Origin: Myxococcota bacterium
GTDB taxonomy: Bacteria > Myxococcota > JACRCW01
Length of the DNA: 40,968 bases
NCBI GenBank assembly: GCA_040752415.1
Contig: JBFMGU010000076.1
Coordinates: forward strand, 1-40,968
Direction of reading: 5' to 3'
This document shows positions 12,070-19,621 of the stretch, one piece after another (position 1 is the first letter of the stretch; the number at the start of each line of letters is the position of its first letter). The notes beneath the pieces are model-generated. The model made no database searches. It saw only the letters and a program-made list of their open reading frames with translations, and was not told where the DNA came from. The translations under genes were made by a program, and so were the position numbers.

Positions 12070-15000
12070 TCAGGGCATGAACCCGTCCGGGCAGGTGGCG
12101 ACGTTGCAGCGCGCGCCCTTCCAGTCCAGCCACTGCGTCAGCACCACGCCGCTGTTGTTGAGGTTGTTGAGGAGCTGGAGGTGCTGCGCGCCCAGTGGCC
12201 CCGCGCTGTCCGGCTCCAGGGAACCCTGCGCGGTGGTGCCGCCGATCTCGATGATCTTCTGGCTGGTCTTGACGTTGGAGATGCCGTTGGCTGTCACGCG
12301 CAGGTCGTAGTCGGCAAAGACCTTGGCGGGGTCATTGTTGGTGGTGGCGGGCGGGCAGAGGTTGGTGTTCCCGTCGAAGAGGAACGGGCGCGCGTGGTTG
12401 TCCAGGGCAGTCCCACCCGCGCAATTGGCGATTCCCGCGGGCTGATTGATGGTTGGATTCGGCGTGCACTGGATGAAGTTCATGGGACACCCGAACCGGT
12501 CCGCGGCGAACTTCTTGTAGGTCAGCGCTCCCAGTCCCGTCGTCGTGCGCACCAGGTCCCGCGCGCTGGGATTGTCCCGCGTGGCCTCGGTGAGATGGCA
12601 GTGGAAACATGCCGTGCCGTAGCCGCCCCACTGCGTCTCCGTGGTGCGACCGCGCTGGCTGTGCGGCATCATCGGGTTGAAACCTCCGGCGCTGGTCATG
12701 CGGCCCCGGTTGCCCGCCGAGGAACCACGCCCAAAACGGTCCGAGAAGAAACCCTTGGCGTCCTCCACCAGGCCGTACGTGTAACCATCCGACGTGGCCG
12801 ACACCTGCACGCCCATCAACGCCATGACGTCCTGCAACCGCACCCCATCCTTGTCAATGAAGTTGAACCAGTTCTGGTGGGTGGTGAACGGGACAATCCG
12901 CCCTCGGCTGCCCAGGCCAATGAAGAAGGTGGTGACGTCGGTGTAGGTGGAATTGAAGTGCAGGGTGGTGAAGACGGGCTCGCTGTTGACGTTGCTGAGG
13001 AAGTCCGGGCCGATGTTGTAGACCCACGGGAAGCCGAGATCGGGCACACCGCCGGTGTTGTGGTTGGCGTGGTCAGCGGCCATCTGTTCGTCGGCGTCCG
13101 CGCCGGCCCGCGCTTCCAGGTCCAGGTGACACCCCACGCACTGGTTCTGCCACGACGTGTGACAGGTGAAACACGCCACGCCGCCTTGGTTGGCGGGGGA
13201 GCCCAGGTGGCTGAAGCCGCGGGCACGCAGGGCCTGGTCCAGCATCGCCACGCCCTGCAGCGGCCCGTCGCCATTGGTGGTGTCAAAGTCCGTGCGGCCC
13301 ATGGCGAAGTCCGCGTTGGCCGAATACACGGATTGGTTGTTGCGCGGATGGGTGACGACGGTGTTGCGGTTCACCAGGTCCTTCACCTGCGGAATGAAAT
13401 GCGCCACGCCGTCGCGCTTGCCAATCAGGTAATAGCGACCGGTTTCGTCCTGGTAGACGTTCTTGAGCTCATTGCCGGCGCGGTCCAAGGCAAACCCGTT
13501 CTCGCTCAAGGCCGCATACGCATCCGCGTTGCCGTGGCAGCTCTCACACATCACCGTGAGCGCGTGGCTGCCGCGCGACAGGACGCTCCCGGTGCCGTGC
13601 ATTTCCGTGCTGGTGTGGCAGTCGTAGCATTCCAGGCCGCGCTCGTAGTGGATGTCGGCGGGCGTGTCGTCGCGACCGGTGCCCACGCGGTTGCCGAACT
13701 GGTTGGCGTTGGGGGTCCCGCCGAAGTTGGGGTCATAGAAGATGTTGCGCCACCCGTAGTCCTCGAACTGCACGTACTGCGTGGCCACCCGATTGCTCAG
13801 CAGTCTCGTTCGCTCGTCGTCACCCGGCCCGTAGGGAACGCCAAGCAATCGCGTGCCGTCACGCGCCACGAAACCATCCGCAAATGACGAAGCGAATGGA
13901 TTGCCAGGGTATTGCCGCTGGTTCAGCACATCCTGGTTCTGGTCCGGACGGATGCCCAGGTATTGCAGCACGGTGTGGTTGGTGCCCTGGTGGCAGGCCA
14001 GGCACGCGCGCAGACTGTGGAGGCCAGGCAGGACCAGCTCCGGCTGATCACGACGAGCCAACCGCTGGAAACGCCCCCGCAGCACGTGCTCGCGGACGTG
14101 GGGACGCTCACCGGGGAGGAGGAAGTCCGGGTTGCGCGGCTCGGTACGGCTGAGGTTGGGATCCGCACCGACGTAGCGACCGTCCAATCCGTATTCCATG
14201 TGGCAACTGGCGCAGCCCGCGCCGCGGAAGGAACCGGTGGTGTTGTTCAGGCCATTGTTGCCCGCGTGGCAGGCGCCGCACGCCTTCACAAACGCCGTCG
14301 TCATCGCCTTGGCCAGCTCATTGTCGGTGGAGTGGATGCGGTTGTATCCGTAGGTGATGAACGGCTGCGGGAACAGCGCCGGGTTGCTCTCCACCCCCGT
14401 GGCCATGTCCGTCGACGTCACCGTCCCCAGGTGCTCCACGCTCTCCCACTGCTGGGTGAACGTTGGCTCGAGCACCAGCGGCGCGCCGTCAGGAGTGGTG
14501 ATGTCCCGCACGGCGTAGTCCGGTCCCCACGCGTCGGCGCCGGTGATGGCGTTGGGAATCCCGAACATGAAACGCGACGTGGATATGAGCCCCACCGACA
14601 TGCCGATGACGCTGCGCGGCGCGTATTTCGAGATGGTGACGTGACATTGGCCGCAGCTTCGGCCGTGCTCGACCACGCGCAGGTCGCCGGGCGCCACGAA
14701 CTGCAGGTAGTCCAGCTTCGTGACCACGCGGGTCGGCTCTCCGTTGGCGTCGGGACAGTTCCATTGGTCCGGGATGCCCAGGACGCCGTCGACGGCGCTC
14801 TTGTCCAGCCCCGCCTTGTGCAGGTAGCGGCTCCACGCCCGCGCGCCGTAGGGCTCTTGAATCACGCCTTCCCAGCGCGCCTCACCGTTGTCACGGATTT
14901 GTGCAATGTCCGGTGGCGGGCAGACGTGGGTGCGGTCCTTGTACATGCCGTTCCCGCTTTCACCGCCGTGACAATTGACGCAGCCGACCCGATTGCCCCA

Positions 15001-15576
15001 GCTGGACCAGGGATGCGCCTGCTCCAGGCCGTTGTCGTCGAAGTCGGGGTCTCCATTGTGGCAGGCCATACACGCGCTGCCGTGCGGAGGAGCCGGGGGC
15101 GGTTGGCACCGACGACGGGTACTGCAGAGCAGCTCGCACGCCGTCATCCCGGCCTGGTTGCCAGGAGCCAGGATCACGCATTCGTCGTCAAAGGTGCCCC
15201 AGACCTCTTCGCTGGCGCAGTCGTAGGTGACGCCGTTCCGCGTGGCGTGGCGTCCGTCGGGACAGAACGGGTTGTGCTCACAGGCGCTCCCGTCGGGATA
15301 GACGCATGCGCTGCAGAACGGACCGGGCACGCAGCCTTCCAGGCATTCCCGGTGGCAGGCCTCGCCGGAGCTGCTGGATGAAGAGCCCGTGCTCGACGAC
15401 GGTGGAGATGTCGTGGATGAGGATGCCTCGCCGCTGCTGGATGCGCTGGAGGATGTGGCTCCTCCGTCGACGGGTGCGGGAGCTCCGCCATCCGACGGCG
15501 AGATGTCGATGGTGACCTGGCACGCGAAGAGCCCTGCGAGAGGCAACCACGCTGTTCCGGTCATCAATCGCTTCAT
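12070..15576 (-). CDS. Large multiheme c-type cytochrome lipoprotein (11 CxxCH)
   Basis: MKRLMTGTAWLPLAGLFAC lipobox; Ser-rich linker; CMACH, CVNCH, CGQCH, CGACH, CASCH, CLACH, CYDCH, CESCH, CFTCH, CVGCH, CFHCH; AGAGGA RBS. Confidence 0.9.
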   Translation of the reverse strand: MKRLMTGTAWLPLAGLFACQVTIDISPSDGGAPAPVDGGATSSSASSSGEASSSTTSPPSSSTGSSSSSSGEACHRECLEGCVPGPFCSACVYPDGSACEHNPFCPDGRHATRNGVTYDCASEEVWGTFDDECVILAPGNQAGMTACELLCSTRRRCQPPPAPPHGSACMACHNGDPDFDDNGLEQAHPWSSWGNRVGCVNCHGGESGNGMYKDRTHVCPPPDIAQIRDNGEARWEGVIQEPYGARAWSRYLHKAGLDKSAVDGVLGIPDQWNCPDANGEPTRVVTKLDYLQFVAPGDLRVVEHGRSCGQCHVTISKYAPRSVIGMSVGLISTSRFMFGIPNAITGADAWGPDYAVRDITTPDGAPLVLEPTFTQQWESVEHLGTVTSTDMATGVESNPALFPQPFITYGYNRIHSTDNELAKAMTTAFVKACGACHAGNNGLNNTTGSFRGAGCASCHMEYGLDGRYVGADPNLSRTEPRNPDFLLPGERPHVREHVLRGRFQRLARRDQPELVLPGLHSLRACLACHQGTNHTVLQYLGIRPDQNQDVLNQRQYPGNPFASSFADGFVARDGTRLLGVPYGPGDDERTRLLSNRVATQYVQFEDYGWRNIFYDPNFGGTPNANQFGNRVGTGRDDTPADIHYERGLECYDCHTSTEMHGTGSVLSRGSHALTVMCESCHGNADAYAALSENGFALDRAGNELKNVYQDETGRYYLIGKRDGVAHFIPQVKDLVNRNTVVTHPRNNQSVYSANADFAMGRTDFDTTNGDGPLQGVAMLDQALRARGFSHLGSPANQGGVACFTCHTSWQNQCVGCHLDLEARAGADADEQMAADHANHNTGGVPDLGFPWVYNIGPDFLSNVNSEPVFTTLHFNSTYTDVTTFFIGLGSRGRIVPFTTHQNWFNFIDKDGVRLQDVMALMGVQVSATSDGYTYGLVEDAKGFFSDRFGRGSSAGNRGRMTSAGGFNPMMPHSQRGRTTETQWGGYGTACFHCHLTEATRDNPSARDLVRTTTGLGALTYKKFAADRFGCPMNFIQCTPNPTINQPAGIANCAGGTALDNHARPFLFDGNTNLCPPATTNNDPAKVFADYDLRVTANGISNVKTSQKIIEIGGTTAQGSLEPDSAGPLGAQHLQLLNNLNNSGVVLTQWLDWKGARCNVATCPDGFMP

Positions 15577-15605
15577 GTGCGGTCCTCTGAGGCGTCCATG
15601 AAGGA

Positions 15606-15633
15606 TATGGGGAGCTCGCGCCGGATCCGTCAC
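15606..15633 (-). promoter_or_regulatory. Putative ECF-dependent promoter of the cytochrome gene
   Basis: Minus strand GTGACGGATCCGGCGCGAGCTCCCCATA; same motif and spacing as 16994-17021. Confidence 0.7.
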
Positions 15634-16469
15634 CGCGATCCCAGTGCGGCGTCGAGTCCGGGGATCATCAGGCTGCGGGGATAGGTCTCCCTGAACTGCG
15701 TGAACGCGGATTGGGCCTCCTCCGCGCGCCCCAGTGCGTGCAGGCACATGATCACCAGCGCGTCACGTTCCTCCGCCAGCTCGCCCGCGGGAAACTCCTG
15801 GCCATGGCGTCGCAGGATCTCCAAAGCCTCGGTCGTTCGTCCTCGGCTGAGCGACTGGCGCGCCTGCTCCAACAAGCCGCGCTCCTGCACCATGTTCCGC
15901 TCGGGAGCGGGCGGCGACACGGGCAATTCCTCCCGCGGCGCGACCTCCACCGGCGTGTTGTCGCCGGACGGAGCCGGCGCAGGAGCGGCCTCTGGTTTCA
16001 CCGGTGCGGGAGATGGCTCCGGTCGCGGCCGCGCGCGGGTGGTGGGCGCGGGCCGTGGCGGCGCGGGTGGCGGAGTGGCGGGAGGCGTTTCGACGACGTC
16101 GACTTCAGGCACCGGTTCAGGAATGGGCGGAGTGCTGGGGGCCACGGGGGTGACGGGAGCGGTCACGTCGGGGGTGGGTTGGATGGCGTGCCACCACAGG
16201 CCCGCCGAGATCAGCGCGCCCACGGCAATCAACCCCACCACCGGCAGCTTGGCCGCGGTGACGACGACACCCGGTGCCGCACCAGCCTGCGCGGGAGCGC
16301 TTGGAGCAGGGGGCGCGCCCACGGTGTTGAGCACGCGCTCCAGCACCCGCGCCTCCAGTTCCGCGGAAGGCTCGAAGTCCCGCACGCGCGCGTCCTGGAT
16401 TTCGCGCTCCCGGGCGAGCAGCTGCTGTGCCTCCGGCGGCAGGCCGGGCAGGGAATCACGGGTGCTCAT
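15630..16469 (-). CDS. Putative membrane-anchored anti-sigma factor with Pro-rich linker and C-terminal TPR-like domain
   Basis: Coupled to the ECF gene (ATGA overlap); one TM (VVGLIAVGALISAGLWW); ERGLLEQARQSL..G...EAL...H..EFP.G.LAEERDAL..CL..LGR. Confidence 0.8.
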   Translation of the reverse strand: MSTRDSLPGLPPEAQQLLAREREIQDARVRDFEPSAELEARVLERVLNTVGAPPAPSAPAQAGAAPGVVVTAAKLPVVGLIAVGALISAGLWWHAIQPTPDVTAPVTPVAPSTPPIPEPVPEVDVVETPPATPPPAPPRPAPTTRARPRPEPSPAPVKPEAAPAPAPSGDNTPVEVAPREELPVSPPAPERNMVQERGLLEQARQSLSRGRTTEALEILRRHGQEFPAGELAEERDALVIMCLHALGRAEEAQSAFTQFRETYPRSLMIPGLDAALGSR

Positions 16470-16975
16470 GGCGTGGCCTCCCGACGAACCTGGCGGATGA
16501 AGCCCACAAAGCGTTGTCGAGCCAACCGCAGTCGCGAATAGAGCGTGTTGAGGGGCACGTCGAGGGCCTGGGCAAGCGCCGGGATGGGATGGCCTTCCAT
16601 TTCGTGCAGCACGAACACGGTCCGTTGATCTTCATCCAGCAGCTCCAACACCTGCTCCACCTGGCTCAGCGCTTCCCGGTCCTGCGCCCGGTCCAGCGCG
16701 CTGGGCTGGGTATCCACGACGTCACGCATCTCCACGGAAAGGTCCTGCCGTTGGAACGCACGACGTCGCCAATCGGAAGCAACCCGGTAGGCAATGGCGG
16801 CCAGCCAGGCTTCCGCGGAGGTGCTGGCGTCGAAGGTTTCCAGGCGACGATGCACCACCACGAACACGTCATGCGCCGCGTCTTCCAGGTCCTTGCTGGC
16901 CACGCCCCAACGACGCAGCAGCCGGCACACCAGCCGGAAGTGCGTCCGATAGATGTGCGTGAAATCCGCGGGCAC
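16466..16975 (-). CDS. ECF RNA polymerase sigma factor
   Basis: Region 2 DLEDAAHDVFVVVHRRL..FD...AWL..IAYRVA; region 4 LDEDQRTVFVLHEMEG..IPALAQALDVPLNTLYSRLRLAR; GTG start after GGGGAGG. Confidence 0.93.
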   Translation of the reverse strand: MPADFTHIYRTHFRLVCRLLRRWGVASKDLEDAAHDVFVVVHRRLETFDASTSAEAWLAAIAYRVASDWRRRAFQRQDLSVEMRDVVDTQPSALDRAQDREALSQVEQVLELLDEDQRTVFVLHEMEGHPIPALAQALDVPLNTLYSRLRLARQRFVGFIRQVRREATP

Positions 16976-16993
16976 AGCGCCTCCCCACCCTGT

Positions 16994-17021
16994 TATGGGT
17001 GAGCGGCGGCGGATCTGTCAC
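16994..17021 (-). promoter_or_regulatory. Putative autoregulatory ECF promoter
   Basis: Minus strand GTGACAGATCCGCCGCCGCTCACCCATA; same motif as 15606-15633. Confidence 0.7.
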
Positions 17022-17968
17022 GGGAATCGCAACTCGGGCCCGGCGTGCAGGGAGAGCGAAACGGGCGGGCTCATCCAGATGCTCCGTTGGGTCGAGGTGT
17101 CGCGCACGTCCAGGCGCGTGAGGAGCCCCTCTGCCTCCCACCACGCACCCAGGCTCAACCGAGGATGCACGGGCACCCGCAGGCCCGCGCGCGCTCCCAC
17201 GCTGGCGTAGGGCGCGGAGAAGGCCCTGGCGGTCCAGGCCTGGCTCACGGTGACGTAGGTGGCGCCCAGCGTGGTTGTTCCGCACGCCTGCAACCAGCCG
17301 GCCGCGAAGCACGGCACCAGCGACGCACGCAGGTAGCCCACGCCCACCGCGCCATCCGCGGTAGGGACCGGTGCATCCCAGCGTGCTTCCAGGCCCAGTG
17401 ACCAACCACGCCAACCCAGCGCCGTGCCCACCAGCACTCCCGGTGCGGGACGGGGCGCGCTCATGAGCCCCAGCACCAGGCGACCGTATCCCGCATAGTG
17501 GAACGCTGGTTCATGACGTCGAGGGATGGGGGCGGGTGGCGTGGTGCGGCGCACCGTGGGAACTGGGGTCCTCGTCGGTGGGCGGGGTGGGGTGACGGGG
17601 ACGGGTGGCCGCATGAGGACCAGCGGATCCACGGCGATGCTGATGGCGAGCGCGGTGGAGGCCATCAGCTCGACGCAGTCGCGGCTGGTGCTCTCGAGGA
17701 CGCGGGTTCCGTGCTCCTGTCCGTGGGCGTCCACCAACGCCACGTGCGCGCGCAAACGCTCCTGCTCCTGGGCCACCTCGACGAGGACCGTCCAATCCGC
17801 CCTCGCCCGCCACGGCCAGTACCCCAGGCGCTCCGCCACCGCGGTCTTGAGGTCCCCTTCACCGGGACATGAATCGGCGCCGGGCCCACGACGGTAATCC
17901 AGCTCCAGACCCTGACGCGCATCCAGCGCCAGGCCCAGGCCGACGAGGAGGAGGAGAGCAGGCGACAT
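17018..17968 (-). CDS. Hypothetical exported protein of the ECF cassette (Cys-containing N-domain, Pro linker, beta-strand-rich C-domain)
   Basis: Signal MSPALLLLVGLGLALDA; CP...L..AV..RLG...R.L....DC.EL....AL.I..A.DP; alternating strands at the C-terminus. Confidence 0.75.
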   Translation of the reverse strand: MSPALLLLVGLGLALDARQGLELDYRRGPGADSCPGEGDLKTAVAERLGYWPWRARADWTVLVEVAQEQERLRAHVALVDAHGQEHGTRVLESTSRDCVELMASTALAISIAVDPLVLMRPPVPVTPPRPPTRTPVPTVRRTTPPAPIPRRHEPAFHYAGYGRLVLGLMSAPRPAPGVLVGTALGWRGWSLGLEARWDAPVPTADGAVGVGYLRASLVPCFAAGWLQACGTTTLGATYVTVSQAWTARAFSAPYASVGARAGLRVPVHPRLSLGAWWEAEGLLTRLDVRDTSTQRSIWMSPPVSLSLHAGPELRFP

Positions 17969-18059
17969 CCGTCGGGAGCAGGAGTGCACCCGTCTTCAGG
18001 GGCAGGTCAACAGCGGAGCGCGGTGGGTTCCCGCCACGGGCAGTCCGTTGCCCAGTTGG
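17718..18059. repeat. Direct repeat copy A (342 bp): last ~64 bp of the RCC1 gene as a remnant plus the intact 5' end of the exported-protein gene
   Basis: Matches 19334-19621 apart from a 53-bp gap, a 1-bp gap and about 6 substitutions. Confidence 0.93.
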
Positions 18060-18064
18060 AGGAC

Positions 18065-18340
18065 TCAAGCGTGCCCGGCCTCAGCGGGAGACGAGATGGT
18101 GCCCGAGGATGTCCGCGTCCGTGAGGGCCGCGTCATCGATGCCACGTCGTCGACGTCGTTGGCGTTCTGCGCGGCGTCTCCTTGGGGGCCCAGGGCGCCC
18201 TGGAATGTGATGGGCTCATTGTTGGTGATGTCGACCCCCGTGTCTGCGATCTCTTTCAACATCACGCCGTTGACGTGCAGGCGATGGAATCTGCCGCGGC
18301 TCCGGACACCAACGTTGCACGCGCGTTCATTGCTCGGAGG
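18065..18340 (-). pseudogene. Frameshifted LamG/concanavalin-like domain remnant
   Basis: RLHVNG...DITNNEPITF...DVDDVA, then after a frameshift IDDAALTDADIL, resembling the LamG C-terminal DDVxIYDRALSxxEI; no good start. Confidence 0.55.
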
Positions 18341-18351
18341 ATGGTCGCACA

Positions 18352-19203
18352 TCAGCCGCGCGCGCGTCTCCCATGACGACGAGCGATGCCGCCAAGCCCG
18401 AGCAACGCCAACGCCGTTCCGCAGACGAGCGAATCAGCGCCCTCGACTTGGCTGCAGGCGCAGGTGGACTGACTCCGGGGAAGCGTAAAGGCCTGGGGCT
18501 CGCTCCACCCGGAAAAGTTGCCCATGCGGTCCCATTGCGCGAGGCGCACGGAGAAGGACCCATCGTTCGCGGGTGCCGGGACCCAGATGTGGCGTTCGTC
18601 GCTCAACGTGGTCACCTTGCCCGCCAACGCAGTGGTGTCGACGGAGGGCTCCGCCTCGGTGGACGCCGCGACGAGGAAATCGATCTCACTGACGTCCAGC
18701 CAGACCCCCGCGGGCTGTCCGCAGGAATAGGCGCCATAGACGTAGCCCTCCACGCGGGAGCTTTCGACAGTGGGGATCGCGGGGGCGCTGGTGTCACCGT
18801 CGACGCCGGTGGTGAATCCGTCCAACAGTTCGCCGTCGACACGGATTTCGTACGTGGTCTCGGGAAGCAGCGCCGTGCTGGGCGTGAACACGGAGAACGC
18901 GAGCGTCTCATCCGATCGCAGCAAGGATTGGCTCCCGGTCACCGCTTCCCCATTCGGTCCCACGACGGTGATGGTCCGCGCTTCCGCGATGGAGTTGGAG
19001 AAACCAGCGTCCGTCGTCGCAAACATGGTGTGTCCGATGCCAACCCAGACGCGCGAGTTCACCGCCACACCACGACGCCCTTGATCCGGCGACACGATCT
19101 TCGAGTTGCGCCCGTCCTCAACTGCCCGTTCACAAGCGGTTGCGTGACGCTCCCACGCAGCGACGAGGGTCAGTGCCACCAGTCCACGGAAAACAGCGTT
19201 CAT
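18352..19203 (-). CDS. Exported Ig-like (SbsA/Big_5-type) protein with MYXO-CTERM-like sorting tail
   Basis: Signal peptide; SPDQGRRGVAVNSRVWV...FTPSTALLPETTYEIRVDG...FTTG..DTSAP; C-term CACS...ALALLGLGGIARRHGRRAR; GGAG RBS. Confidence 0.75.
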   Translation of the reverse strand: MNAVFRGLVALTLVAAWERHATACERAVEDGRNSKIVSPDQGRRGVAVNSRVWVGIGHTMFATTDAGFSNSIAEARTITVVGPNGEAVTGSQSLLRSDETLAFSVFTPSTALLPETTYEIRVDGELLDGFTTGVDGDTSAPAIPTVESSRVEGYVYGAYSCGQPAGVWLDVSEIDFLVAASTEAEPSVDTTALAGKVTTLSDERHIWVPAPANDGSFSVRLAQWDRMGNFSGWSEPQAFTLPRSQSTCACSQVEGADSLVCGTALALLGLGGIARRHGRRARG

Positions 19204-19248
19204 CGGAGTCTCCATGATTGCGGTCTTGTTCAACAAGCATGCCATTCA

Positions 19249-19530
19249 TCAGGCTTGGAGGCGCGGGCTGATTCTGAGCGCGGACTGAGGTGAAGTGGCG
19301 TCAGGTGATGCACCGACACCGCAGTGTCCCACGTGTCCGCGGGCGTCCACCAACGCCACGTGCGCGCGCAAACGCTCCTGCTCCTGGGCCACCTCGACGA
19401 GGACCGTCCAATCTGCCCTCGCCCGCCACGGCCAGTACCCCAGGCGCTCCGCCACCGCGGTCTTGACGTGCCCTTCACCGGACATGAATCGGCGCCGGGC
19501 CCACGACGGTAGTCGGAGAGCGGGCGACAT
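19249..19530 (-). pseudogene. Truncated copy of the 17018-17968 gene with the signal peptide deleted
   Basis: KTAVAERLGYWPWRARADWTVLVEVAQEQERLRAHVALVDA is identical to the intact gene; similarity stops at 19334. Confidence 0.8.
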
Positions 19531-19621
19531 CCGTCGGGAGCAGGAGTGCACCCGTCTTCAGGGGCAGGTCAACAGCGGAGCGCGGTGGGTTCCCGCCACG
19601 GGCAGTCCGTTGCCCAGTTGG
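19334..19621. repeat. Direct repeat copy B (288 bp): functional 3' end of the RCC1 gene plus a decayed 5' end of the exported-protein gene
   Basis: Copy of 17718-18059 lacking 53 bp of signal-peptide coding sequence and 1 further bp. Confidence 0.93.

Noticed and set aside
17718..19621. Diversity-generating retroelement TR/VR pair
   Set aside because: Differences are not adenine-specific (T/C, C/T, G/C, C/G, A/G plus deletions) and no reverse transcriptase is present
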